Shown in pieces: positions 35,970 to 49,110 of a stretch of 64,000 nt of DNA; the stretch's first letter is position 1; every line of letters begins with the position of its first letter. The notes under the pieces are model-generated. The model was not told the origin of the DNA, ran no database searches, and worked only from the letters and a program-made list of their open reading frames with translations. Location: contig NMRA01000187.1 in the NCBI GenBank assembly GCA_002633005.1, positions 9,546-73,545 on the forward strand, given 5' to 3'. The stretch comes from Phoronis australis. Taxonomy: Eukaryota; Animalia; Phoronida. The position numbers and the translations under genes are program-made.

Positions 35970-38002
35970 ATGACTGCACGACAAAGGTAAGTGTTTTTTT
36001 GTATTTACATTCTTTAATTTAGAAAAATTCTTGCATTATATTTTTGACTAAGCTATATGGAATATATGTAACTTGAAAATTCCATAATTAATAACTGAAT
36101 ATGGGTAGTGAAATTTGACTAAACCTGAATGTCACACAAAAGACCCAGTGGGACAAAATCGGTGCTGGAGACTTATTGACCTACTTTTGTTTTTTCTGTA
36201 GGAGATTCACTGTTAGCGAAGCTGTTTCATTGCTAGAATACCGAGAATCATTTCAAAGGGTTGATATATACCTAGATCCACCCTCTGAAGGTGATATTAC
36301 TGATGAAGATAGTGGAGACGAAGACACTGGAGGCAATGTTGACAATTTGTCGGGTCGACTACTCAATTCTTTGGCATCTGTTACCATAGTCAACAATTCA
36401 TCTCGTGAAAGACTTGGTGAAACTTCCACTGAAACTCCTTCTAGTGAAAGTGAAGAACAGGAAGATTCCGAGCCCCTATACAGTACAACAAGTCAAGGAA
36501 AACGTGCAAAGGCAAAGACTAAGCGTGAATGGGTGAAACAAGACATCGCTCGTGATAAATTCATATGGCGCGAGGAAATACCAAGAACTGCAACTTTGCC
36601 TCAGTCCCCTACCGGCTTGTTTGAGCTATTTTTTGACGACGATGTTATCGATGTTATTGTTCAGCAAAGCATTGTTTATGCCGGATCGAAAGGTAACCAC
36701 GATTTCCAAACAAACCGTGACGAAATACGTGCTTTCCTTGGAATACACCTTGTGTCGGGATATTCCACTGTACCCAGGAGAAGAATGTATTGGTCACTGG
36801 ATGCAGATTTGCGTAATGAAGCGGTGGCCAGCACTATGCCTAGAAATAGGTTTGATGAGATCATGAAGAACTTTCATATTGCTGATAACAATAACATTGA
36901 CACAAATGATAAAATGGCTAAAGTACGTCCACTCATTGCAGCTATAAATGAGAAAAGTTTGATGTACTTTCTGCGGGAGAGAAACCTCTCAGTGGATGAG
37001 AGCATGATTCCCTACTAGAGGCGTCATGGAGCAACGCAATTTATCCGAGGTAAACCCATACGTTTTGGGTTTAAGATCTGGGCTTTAACAACACCCTTAG
37101 GGTATGCCGTTCAGTTTGAACCATACCAGGGTAAAAAAGGACATCAGGCAAGTCACTCCGCAACATTCGTTATGGGCGGAGGTGTAGTTGTGGATCTGCT
37201 GTCTGAATTACAGAAGGATAATGGATATCACATAACATTTGACAATCTTTTCACGTCACTTCCTTTGATTGAGGAACTGTCACGACAGGGAATTGGTTGT
37301 ACTGGTACAATTCGTGCCAATCGTGTTGAGGACTGTCCTCTCTTGTCTGTCAAAGAAATGCAGAAAACCCCGCGAGGTACATTTGATTATTCCTTTGACT
37401 CCAAGAACAGCCTAATTGTCGTTCGATGGAATGATAACTCCATAGTTAATGTTGCGTCAAATGTATACGGCATTGAACCCGCGCAGAAAGCGAAACGCTG
37501 GTCACGTGCGGAAAGTCAGCGAGTGAGAATCGATTAGCCATTTTTAATATCCCACTACAATCAAACAATGGGTGGTGTTGATAGGATGGACCAAAATATT
37601 GACAAGTACCATGTGAGCATTCGTTCAAAGAAATGGTGGTGGTGTATCTTTGCGTACTGCTTGGATTTATGCGTGCAACAAGCATGGCACCTGTATCGAG
37701 CTACACCAGCTGCACAAGAGAAGCCATTAGATCTGCTCGACATACGGCGAGAAATTGCCCTTGTATATCTCGCAAGGGGACGCCAAAGAAACCAGCAGGG
37801 TAGACCGCGATCAGATCGTGCCACACCACTACCTCGTCAGATTGTAGACGACATTCGATATGATGGCATGAACCATTTTATAAACACTCGTGAAACCCGT
37901 CAAAGATGTGCTGTTTGTGGTTTGAAAACCAAAAGGTTCTGTTCTAAGTGTAACATCACGCTGCATGATCGTTGCTTTGAACAGTTTCACATTCGTCGAT
38001 AA
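35970..38002 (+). pseudogene. piggyBac (PGBD2/3-like) transposase with a 5' intron and two nonsense codons
   Basis: Mini-exon ATG ACT GCA CGA CAA AG |gtaagt (35970-35986), acceptor tttttctgtag| at 36202. One frame runs to TAA at 38002 with the DDD triad (VDESM, FDNLFTS, GGVDRMD) and a C-terminal Cys-rich domain. In-frame TAG at 37016-37018 and 37535-37537. Confidence 0.92.
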
Positions 38003-38023
38003 GCTGTGGACAGTTGTGGACAA

Positions 38024-38265
38024 TTGTTGATGCCTGACTATTTACATTCTGTATTGTTGATGCCTGACTATTTACATTCTGTATCGTTGATGCCTGACTA
38101 GTTACATTCTGTATTGTTGATGCCTGACTAGTTACATTCTGTATTGTTGATGCCTGACTATTTACATTCTGTATCGTTGATGCCTGACTATTTACATTCT
38201 GTATTGTTGATGCCTGACTAGTTACACTCTGTATTGTTGATGCCTGACTATTTACATTCTGTATT
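38024..38265. repeat. 30-bp tandem repeat x8 in the piggyBac 3' region
   Basis: Unit TTGTTGATGCCTGACTA(T/G)TTACATTCTGTA. Confidence 0.95.
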
Positions 38266-39039
38266 TTCATCACATTGATAGTTCGTAGTACAATCCTTTT
38301 TTGTTTGTCTCTTTTCAAGTCTTATTAGAGGACAAACGGTCAAAATTGTGATGAATTTTTAGCTGTGAAAGGTACTTTCACCTGCATGTACCACCATGGA
38401 CACTGTTTATGGAAAATTTTTCACTTTGATGGCTAAAGATTGTTTAAATTGTGAAAAAACATCAGTTTTGATCAATAAATAAGAGAGTTAAACATGTGAA
38501 AATGGTTTTTTATTTGTTACTAGAGCACCCATTTGATCCCTGGCCAGTGGGTCATTTGTGGCTCGTAATTATAAATGCTAGTAAAACTAATTAAAATGAA
38601 AAAGTCTCACCAAAACTCCTATTTATCTTCATAAAGTTGTCATATCTGTCATTTAATTAATTTTTGAAGCAAAAGAAGAAGTTGGGCATAAATGGGTTAA
38701 TTGAATAGCGACGACATGGAACTGAAGAGATTTGGCTAAATATAGGGAATATAACACGAGATGTAAACATTAATAAAAACAAAATAAAAAATATTCCGAG
38801 AAAGACTAACCCAATCATTGTTGGATTCATCTATGAATGAAAATAAAAAAGCAATTTTGGAATTTGGTGAAAGGTAACAAAGAAGAACGATCTTCAAGCA
38901 TTACACATACACAACGGTATAACAATTTTAAAAGCGTTGATACTTCTCAAGAGTGGAGACTATGATGTATTTTTCTATCAGTTTTAAAATTAATGATTTT
39001 TTAGTCCGATTATGTGGTGCATCAACTTGGATAATCAGT

Positions 39040-40960
39040 CAGTTTTTAATAAAATTATTACTTTTCATGAAGTAGATAAGTATGAATGACATGAAATTAT
39101 GCAAAGCTGCTGAAAGTGATGCTATTTCGTTGAATATTTTCAAGTTCGCAACACCCCTTTTTAAACAGTCTCTCCTTTGTCTGTATAATACATTTTTTGA
39201 CATGGGGAGTTACCCCTCTCAATGGAATTCAGGTATTATAGTACCGGTGTTTAAGTCAGGAAATAATAACGACCCAGATAACTACAGAGGAATCACGCTG
39301 TTACAAGTGGCTGGCAAGATACTTGCCTGGTTGTTAAGTGTCAGAATATAGACTGACACTGTTTTTAATTGTATTGTATTGTATTGTTTTGTTTTGTTAT
39401 TCTGTTTGATTGGCCTGACCCCTGAGTTAAGTACAGTGATGGTGTAATTTGTTTACTGCTAAACAGTCTGGAACTTTCTAGAGGACTGAGGTCAGTACAA
39501 TGATGATGTCATTTGTTTACTACAGTATAGTGAGGAACTTTCTAGAAGACTCGAGCATGACAGTGATTGATGTAGTCTGAAATATTCTAGAGACTAGTAT
39601 AGGTTTTTAGAATGATTGTGTAGATTCAGGAAAGTTCGTGTACTTGAATTGATGTAAAGTTCCAGAACAATGCATTAGGCTATAAATACACAACCACGGG
39701 TTTGTGTTAGTCAGATCAAGTAAGTCCAAGAAAGTTAATCAAGAGAATTACAGTTGAGTTGCAGTGAATAGAATCAGCAGTTACAGCGATAGACAATGGA
39801 GATCCAGCTCACCTATTTCACGAAAGCGCCATCTTCCTGCACCATCTTTAAATACTGATCGAAAACGAGGCACACTGATAAAACCTCGTGAGTGATCATC
39901 AGCTGGCCATGGTGGTGTACTGTGCAGCGCCTGAACATACCAATTCCAGTAATAACTCGTCGGTATCCTTCCCAGGGATATACTTAGCCACTCGCCCAGT
40001 CGCCAATGCGAGTAAAAATGGTGCTGGGCGAGTAGAAGTTGACTTGCCAGTCGCCCAGGTGGCGAGCGAATTTCAGAGTGCAAAAGCACTATATATCGTT
40101 TCCCAAGATAATTGACCGGTTGTTATGTAACCGACTCCAGTCATGGGCGGATGCGCACAATAATGTGTTTGAGCCTAAAACCGGTTTCAGGAAGGGGTAT
40201 TCCACAGTGGATAACATGTTTATTCTAGATACACTAATTAACAAATATCTATTGAAACTTAAAGGCCTTTTTAATGTCTTTTTGTCGACTTTAAGAAAGT
40301 GTTCGACTGGGTCTAGCGAGAAATCTTAAGTAAAAATTGTCAAGTTTTGGGATATAAACAGTATGTATGAGACTGTTAAGTCTTGCATGTGGCCTAATGG
40401 GAGTGGTTACGTAACCGATTTCTTCCAATGTACGATAGGTGTAAGACAAGGGTGTCAATTGTCTCCCTTTCTCTTCTTGCTATTTATAAATGATTTAGAA
40501 AGTGATTTACACTATATACAGGGCTTTGTGTGTAAATATTGGAACATTGAATTGATATTTGTTGTTGTTTGCCGATGATTAGGTTCTCGTCGCTGAAACC
40601 GCTATTGCTATTAATTACCAAACTAGAAGAATTTTGTAATCAGTGGAAGCTTCATGTGAATATGTCGAAGACAAAAATTATTGTCTTCCGAAAAGTGGGA
40701 TACTTGAGAAATTATGAAAAGTGGAAATTATTCGGCGAAATTGTACAAGCGACTTCAGAGTATAATTATTTGGGTATCAAGTTTACTCCTAAAGGTGCAT
40801 TCACGTAGGCGCAGAAAACGTTAGCTGACAAAGCGACAGAGGCTATTTTTGTACTAAAAAGCGCATGTTTAGATACAATGACATTCCTGTGCAAATGTGA
40901 TTTAAAATGTTTCGACTTTGTTATATGGTTCTGAGATTTGGGGATTTCACCAGCACAGGA
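39040..40960 (+). mobile_element. Decayed non-LTR retrotransposon RT (RTE-X/L2-like), split by insertions at ~39339-40105
   Basis: WNSGIIVPVFKSG..DPDNYRGITLL; GFRKGYSTVDNMFIL; VDFKKVFD; GVRQGCQLSPFLF; FADD; VNMSKTKII. Many stops and frameshifts. Confidence 0.85.
39339..39785 (+). mobile_element. Probable LTR fragment inserted in the LINE
   Basis: Begins TGTCAGAATATAGACTGACA exactly where RT similarity stops. Repeated GGAACTTTCTAGA motifs and TATAAATA at 39681. No TSD found. Confidence 0.45.
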
Positions 40961-41379
40961 TTGAACGAAGGAATGATTGAAGAAAACGTTTGATTATGGG
41001 AGTATTTGTTTGCGTTTGAATAAATTAAAGACATCAATGGGCACCTAATGTGTCCTTCTATTTGCAAAAGTACTTATAACAACAGGATTTTGATGTTTTA
41101 ATCAGTGTGAGGAATAATTCACCGGAAACCTTTCAATGTAGGAATCTCCTAGAGGATGTTCACCGTCTCTATTGGGACCAGCTAGAGGCGGTGGTCAGTG
41201 ACTAATCAACTGAATAATAGGCATGTTATTCAGTTGTTACATTCATCAACTTTTTTGACCATGTTCTTGTTCTGTTGTTCGTTTCTCATTTTCCCGTAGT
41301 ATAAAGTGATCAAAAAAACACGTGCCTGGTCAAGTCTACTGCTGTCACTGGTGTGTTCCATACCTGGCTAACACTAACA

Positions 41380-41900
41380 GTCTTACTTTGGTATTACTTG
41401 GGTGCAGAACCAGCGTCGTCACACTCAGTGCAGACCCACAGATGCTCGGCTTTCCACGTCCTCAAGTCAGACAAGGTCCTTTGACTAACCTCTCCAACCA
41501 ACTGCTGATTACACAGTCGTCTTGCTCGGCCATGCACCACAGCCTCTCTCATATCCAAACAGCTGCATTCTGTCTATTGCATCTCCATTCTCCCGTGGCT
41601 ACACCTCTCTAAGCGCTCCAAGAATCTCTCTCTCCAAATCTGAGGGCGTCCTGTATGGGTGCATTTCCCGTTCACTTGTCAGCTTCCTCATTTCCGGCGA
41701 GAATATACAAGTCAGCTCTCTCAGTCCACTGTTTTGTAAATGCAACAGCCACTCGTAATCAATGACTGACAATACTACCGCCTTGAAGAAAATCAATAGC
41801 TGGCGTTGTTCTACTGTGCAGGTAGCCATGGTCTTTAATGCAGCTAGTCCATGTGCGCACCGCTTAATTAGGTGGTTCACAACAGTTTGACTGCGTGCGG
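41380..41900 (-). mobile_element. I-group LINE 3' fragment (decayed)
   Basis: NHLIKRCAHGLAALKTMA...LLIFFKAVVLSVIDY resembles the post-RT region of I/Ingi/Nimb elements. Confidence 0.5.
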
Positions 41901-41976
41901 TATAACTAGTTAGCCACTTACTGAAGTTGTTACAACATATCGATTGCCTCATTCTTAAAACCAGAGGTCATTATAT

Positions 41977-44900
41977 TAGTCGGTGGGCCAGATCTCGTAG
42001 CGTTCATCCTTGTGAGTACTTTGGGGGGGCAACCTAGTTTTTTCTATGTGGCTAGATAATATACCTAGAAATCAATTTCCAAAAAGTTCCCACGTCTACA
42101 CTTGCACATTTTTTTAAAAAAAGGTGTTTTTGTTGCACAAAATATGATGCACATTCCTGCCACTTGATGGCGCTTTTCTATTGAATTGACCAATCAGAGA
42201 GCCAGATTGTATTGTTGTGCTTAGTTACTTCAATATGGCTGCTCCCATGGAGTGTGATGCCTGTATAATTCAAGGTTTATCAAACAGCACAAAATTGTGA
42301 TGTCAGAGCCTAAAGAAGCTTAGGAAAGCTTCCTGACGAAAGCTGATTGACTGTGGAACTCTGTAGATCAGTAGATCAAAAAGAAGAAGAGGTGTCACAA
42401 ACGTTTGTGCAGAAAACATCTGCATGTCCTGGTAGCCTACACAGTATACTGCTGAGTGCTGTAGACTAGAAGACCAAGTGTCAGACCAAAAAATTGAAAG
42501 GACATAGAACGGCATAGCAACGTTTCAAGGCACCAACAGTAGTACTAAAGCTGAAGTTGCTGAAAGTGATACAGATGTTATCCAAGATTTCCCAAGAAAA
42601 TCAATTACTTCCAAAATCTGAAACACCCAATTAACCTGAACAAGATAGGAACATTCTGAAACATGAGTGCATCATTTGTTAGCAGGAAAAGTACATTATG
42701 GGCCACATTTCAAGAAAGAGAAAGAAGTATAGCTTTCAAAAACAGGTACGTGTTTTTTAAAAATACATCTTGGTGTTTTCCATGTGTGTTTCAGTATTAT
42801 CACCAGTTGTTTTTTAACTTGTTCAGCCCCTTGGCTGCCTAGGCCTTAGACAATACTGCTGACCCAGTAGAGACGATGATCATACCATAGGTACTTCATA
42901 TGCCGGATACTTTTCGGCAAATTATGTTCCTATAAGTTTAGAAGTACCGCGTAGAGAGATGCCTCTGAGGAGGTCGTTAATGTTTTCATTTGTTCCCAGT
43001 TTAAACAAATACTCCTGCAATCCTGTTTTTCGAACACTCCATTCAGTTGCCACATCGACACTGCTTGCGCTAAGGGATAATCCTATGGCGTTATACTGTG
43101 GGTGGGATTTTAAAGCACTTTAAGTCAAAAATTTTTGAGAAGGTTAAATGGAGTAGATGGTTGCAAACAACATGCCCAAGTGGCCGTCATCCCCTGCTGT
43201 AGTCTCAATTTTTTGTAAACATTAATTACTTAGGTAGCTGCAATGATAATTAAATTAAAGTGCCTAAGTGGCCATCGTCGCCGTCGAAATTTGAGGACGA
43301 TGGAAGCCACTGTCCATTTCGTCAAACGTCGATTACCTTAAGTGTAAATCGATTGACTATGGTTTGAGCATCTGATTTAGAAAAATTAAATTTCAATCAT
43401 TGCACTGGTATATCAGCTGATTTATTTTCAGTTGCATCAACTGATCTAATTATTAGACGATCAACATTATTAGGCTACAGATCAGACGGCATGTAAATTT
43501 GTTAGGCTGGTGGTGGATCAGTTCCTGATAAGTCCGTCTGAAAAAGTTGCATGCCAACTCACTCATAGTTGAATGTTAAATTAGTGTTAACAGTTCGGGT
43601 TTTTTTCAGTTGGACTTGTATCGCAAGCAACAGCTCAGTCCAGAGCCCTGAATATGCAAATGAAATTCAAAGATAAAGACCTTGTGTCTTAGAAGCCAAG
43701 TACCACAGATCATCATGCTATAAAAAATAGAAAGACAACGATTGTGAAGAGTGACGAATTCACAGTTTTCAGAGATGTTTTTCTACAGTTTTGTTTGGAG
43801 TTCATTGAATCGAAGCTTCTAACACAAGGAGATGTCATTTGCCTTTCAAAACTAAAGCAAGACTTTGAAGCTGTTCTTCAGAAAGCTGGTGTGCATGAAG
43901 TTATTTGGACAGGCAATCTTAAGAAATATTGTTGAAGCTACTCACTGTTGTAGTTTGTGCCTGACTAAGAGATACGAAAGTGAATTGAGGCTAGTGTTCA
44001 ATAATTCACTTGCTGACTCTAATTAACACAGCCCATTATAACATATTTTGAATCAAACGTTTGCCCAAATAGTGCCCGCCTCCAAACAAGGACTTAGTGT
44101 TTGACCCTTCATTGCCTGCGGGCTAATCACCAGTGTGCAGTGCTGTACCCTCTCTAATCGACCATAGTTGGCTCCTTGGCGGTGGAGCTTTGCAGTTAAT
44201 ATGTATGGCAATGACCGCATCTCCATTGACAGTACTAAACGATGAACGCTGCAAGTGCAAAAAGAATATGTGTGCTGGGAAACTGAGTTTGTGCTGCAAT
44301 GCTGGGTCAAACTGTACAGAAATGTGCAGCTGTGACAACTGTAGTAACATCAGCAACACTGACTTCATAACATTGGATAGTTCTTTGACAAGTCAATCCT
44401 AAATAGACCTCCAACCCCGTTATTTCCTTTTTTGTATTAAAAAGTTAATTTTATTTGTTGATTAAGTCATAGAAAGTACATACTTTGATCATTGTCATGT
44501 ATTTGTCTCATACTGCTTGATAAACGCTGTCAGAATAATCTATTATTTTCATACAGTCTTTGTGCACATTCACAGAGATCATTCACCTATATTGTTTTTG
44601 TACTATAACGTATTTCTGGTGTATTATGCAAACAAGCTGTATTTTACACCATTAGTCAATGTTTTAGTCATTGAGGCACAAATTTTGCCCAGTCTCAAGT
44701 GTTTTGTGTTATTTTTGTTGCCTGACAATGCCAGAATAACTTCCTAGTAACATTCAGACTTAGTTTGCATTTTCGCCACTAGGTGTCTCTTTACATTTTT
44801 TAAATTTCACTGTTAATTAACAATTTACATAGTAAAACATGTAATGTGAGTGTAATATTGTTCAATACAATGGCACTGATGGGACCATATTACTTGTTTT

Positions 44901-45138
44901 ACAAAAAAGACACTAAAACTGTTGTTTTTACAAATATAAGTTTACTAAGCTCTTTGGTGATTATTAGGCAACTTCAAACTCAAATTTCTCAAAAATGTGC
45001 AACTTTATATGTGGGAACTTTTTAGATTTTGAAAACACTCTAATAAATGAATTAAAAAACACCAAAATTAAATTGCCCCCCTAAAGTACTCACAAAAACC
45101 ATTTTCTAGAGGCCCTACAAAATCTGGCCCACCGACTA
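41977..45138 (+). mobile_element. Academ-like DNA transposon, deletion derivative
   Basis: Perfect 17-bp TIR TAGTCGGTGGGCCAGAT with a 3-bp TSD (TAT) and inverted subterminal blocks. Relics include DKDLV..EAKYH..CY (~43675-43720) and a C-terminal CXC cluster CKCKK..C.....CC.....CTEMCSCDNCSN (44250-44350). Confidence 0.85.
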
Positions 45139-45158
45139 TATCAGACATGTTTCCAAAG

Positions 45159-46150
45159 TAGTCGGTGGGCCAGATCTCATAGCGTTCATCCTTGTGAGTA
45201 CTTTGGGGGGGCAACCTAGTTTTTTCTATGTGGCTAGATAATATACCTATAAATCAAATTCCAAAAAGTTCCCACGTCTACACTTGCACATTTTTTAAAA
45301 AAAGGTGTTTTTGTTGCACAAAATATGATGCAGATTCCTGCCACTTGATGGCGCTTTTCTATTGAATTGACCAATCAGTGAGCTAGATTGTATTGTTGTG
45401 ATTAGTTACTTCAATATGGCTGCTCCCATGGAGTGTTCTGCCTGTATAATTCAAGGTTTATCAAACAGCACAAAATTGTGATGTCAGAACCTAAAGAAGC
45501 GTAGGAAAGCTTCCTGAAGAAAGCTGATTGACTGTGGAACTCTGTAGATCAGTAGATTAAAAAGAAGAAGAGGTGCCACGAACGTTTGTGCAGAAAACAG
45601 CTGCATGTCCCTGTGGCTTACACAGTATGACTGCTGAGTGCTGTAGACTAGAAGACCAAGTGACAGACCAAAAAATTGGAAGGACATAGAACGGCATAGC
45701 AACGTTTCAAGGCACCAACAGTAGTACTAAATCTGAAGTTTCTGACAATGATACAGATGTTATCCAATATTTCCCAAGAAAATCAATTATACTTCCAAAA
45801 TCTGAAACACCCAATTAACCTGAACAAGATAGGAACATTCTGAAACATGAGTGCATCATTTGTTAGCAGGAAAAGTACATTATGGGCCACATTTCAAGAA
45901 AGAGAAAGAAGTATAGCTTTCAAAAACAGGTACGTTTTTTTTTGAAAAATACATCTTGGTGTTTTCCATGTGTGTTTCAGTATTATCGCCAGTCGTTTTT
46001 TAACTTGTTCAGCCCCTTGGCTGCCTAGGCCTTAGACAATACTGCTGACCCAGCAGAGATGATGATCATACCATAGGTACTCCATATGCCGGATTAATTA
46101 TGATAAATTATGTTCCTATAAGTTTAGAAGTACCGCGTAGAGAGATGCCT
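45159..46150 (+). mobile_element. Second, truncated copy of the same Academ-like element
   Basis: Begins with the same TIR 20 bp after the first copy ends and closely matches 41977-42962. Confidence 0.9.
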
Positions 46151-48970
46151 AGGTGTGGTAAAACTGAAATCTCAAGTCCAAACGGCCACAGTCAAAGTGA
46201 TCTGTCTCAAGTCCAAGCGGCCACAGTCAGAGTGATCTGTGGAAAATCACCAATTTACATTCAATTCAGACCTCTTTTAATTCAGTTTTTATACAAGTAA
46301 AACCGTACAGGCATAGATTCTGTGTCCGGGGATTGATCCAAGTCGGCATTTTAAACAGTTGTTCAGTAACACTTAATAATTGATTCAGAAACGCGATACG
46401 CCTACTGCTTAAACCATAAATCGCAAGCCACCATGTTTACAGAAGCGTCGTCTAACTATACCGCAAGAGTACTCACACTGGTCACTATCTGAAATTTGAC
46501 TCCATCCACTCATCCACAAAATATTAAAAAAGATATTTGGAATAAGTCTTATGCCTGTACCAAAACACTCGTCTGATAACCTCTGAGTACCATTCAACTA
46601 CAAAGAAATTAGTCAATTGTCAAATGGGATGGTAAGTTTTTGCGACTCAAATACTGTTATTGTGGGTGAGCTATTGTTTTGGTTATTTGTATGTTTTAAC
46701 AACTAAGATAAGAACCAGAAAGGCTTCTAGTCGTTCTACTCAGTGTTGCGACATTCACTGATATAAAAAGCCTTTGACTGCACTAATCGCCATCTCATGT
46801 TTTATAAGTTGATAAAATGGTACGTCAGGAGGAATATATTCTGTTAGTAAATGATTTATCAAAAACGTGCTTAGTTGTATTCGTTTAAATGAATCTATGT
46901 ACACAGACTGGTTCATGCCATTGAAGGTGACACATTATCTCCCCTCCTTATTTGCATTACTTATCACTGATCCGGTATAGGGGAGATAATTGATCTGAGC
47001 AAGGGTGTAAGATATGGTGAAATTTCTAATTCTGTTTTACTATGTACGTCACAGTGTTTATTACTGAAAATAAAAAATGGTTAAAACATCTCCTGTGAAT
47101 CATTTCAAAATGGTTTGAATAATTGGTGTTATACGTGGCGCATAGTGCCAAAAATGTCAAAAACAAAAAAGAAACAAGAAAAATGTGCAGTTCCCATCGA
47201 AATCAACTGGAATCGGCAATTTTAAATTTGATTTAGGATCAGAATATGCTGAAAACCAATGATCCTATAAGTACATGTAATTTGGCATAATTTGGACGGA
47301 CAGTTGGATTTTAATAGCTCCGCCGATTTTCTCGCTGATGCAACTTTAAGAGCATTAGAAAAATTGCTTAACACATGTAAAATGAGTGCTAACTTAGGAT
47401 TTAACACTTTCACAACATTGTTTGATCTTGTGGAGCTCCCATTCAAGACCACTAATGGACTGTTGGTGTTTCTGTGAATTTTTGTATGATGGAACCGTCC
47501 AAATTAGAACAATGGGTTTCTTTTTAGTTGTTAATAGAGTTTGTCTGAATCACTCTGTTACCAAAGATATGGATTGGAAACTTAACGATGATCAAGGGCT
47601 TGCTAATTAGTGTATTGTTTTGACCCAGAATGCACCGCAATGACCCTAAACAGGTCAAGGACTGCATTCCGTCAAAATGCTTCTTCTTCTACAGGTTTTT
47701 AGATAGACTTGTTGAAATTTGTAAACAAGTAGGAACTAGAGAATTGCATCAGAAATTTACATGGTTTTCCAATTAGACCAAGGGCACTTAGTTTCCGGAT
47801 CAACGGTCATTAAGTGCAAAGGTGATTTTTAAGCTACAGATTTCATAATCACGGATATGATTTTCATTCAAAAATAAAGTTCAGTCTCAAAATTTTGGGT
47901 CACGAAGTGCAGTTTTCTATTAAATTTCAGACTTTTTCCATCAGCTCGTACTTACGCGATGTATTACGGAGAGCGTTCATATTTATTCCTCAAACTGCAA
48001 ATGAAATATTTCATATGATTCATTAAAAAAACTAAACTGTGCAATACGAACAACTTGCTAACTTCTAGTCGAATCAACAGCTGAACGTTTTTGAGTGTGG
48101 GGACAACACTAGACTTCAGTCATCTTCTTGATCTAAAAAAATGTTTGTCATTTCATCAAATGCATGAAATGTAATGTGTTCACCAAGGTTTAAATATTAA
48201 GCTTGTGGTAAGGACAGGAAGTGCTCAGTTGCCATAGAGAATGAGAGGCCATTGCCTCCGCGTTCTTAAATACTTTTATGCAAATGTTTGTTGATCTTTT
48301 TAATAATTGTGACAAGAAAAGGAATTAAACAATTAACGATGTCATAATTATTCTCAATTGCAAAATTGGCATATTTGGATAAAATAATAATAGCTTCTGA
48401 CTTTGGAGCTGGCATTTCACAAAGTTTTCGGGTCTACAGTCTATACAGTCCACAGTCATTGTGGCACAGGGTCACTAGCAAGATACTATTGCGTCATTTG
48501 TTGACAACTGCCTAACTGCCGAAGTAAATGAAACACAATAAAGAAAACAATAACATACAATAATAGCGTTGTTGAGAATTCGACCAGCCAATCAGAAACG
48601 CCGGTGTACAAAAATTTCCCGAGGAAAATTATGTGATACCCCATTACCTGCGTGCTGCCTACTGGCCACCTAGCGGCACGCAGGGAACCCGCGAATATTG
48701 TCTACAGCGTACCAGCCAGATTTCAGATATGTGACCTGTGCCAGTTAAAATGAAAGCACGGCAGAAAGTTTTTATGGAATCATCAAATTTCATGAACAGA
48801 GCCACCACACAATATTTGCTCAAACTGACCAGGCGTGAGGTTGTCGGGTCTCAGAAAAACCAAATCATTGATGAACAGGCGTGCAATTTTGGCGTAATCT
48901 AGCAAAGCATAGGGCGGTCCTTCTGGGGTTATGGCTAATGCAGCCGATTCTATTTAATACTTTGCCACAA

Positions 48971-49110
48971 TGTGAGATCGGGTGGAATTAGGGAAGGGAG
49001 CCGGTAGACTACGGTTGTGAGATCGGGTGGAATTAGGGAAGGGAGCCGGTAGACTACGGTTGTGAGATCGGATGGAATTAGGGAAGGGAGCCGGTAGACT
49101 ACGGTTGTGA
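48971..49110. repeat. 45-bp tandem repeat x3
   Basis: Unit TGTGAGATCGGGTGGAATTAGGGAAGGGAGCCGGTAGACTACGGT. Confidence 0.95.

Larger units (their letters stand above)
34643..38696 (+). mobile_element. piggyBac transposon, full length
   Basis: TIR CCCATTTA(A/T)GCCCA (13/14 match). Flanks TTAT / TTAA. Complete transposase frame inside. Confidence 0.93.

Noticed and set aside
37956-38318. 120-aa ORF with ASTIQNVNSQ repeats
   Set aside because: Antisense translation of the 30-bp tandem repeat.
46320-48900. Short ORFs of 60-76 aa
   Set aside because: No recognisable motifs or consistent splice structure; likely decayed repeats or intergenic DNA.
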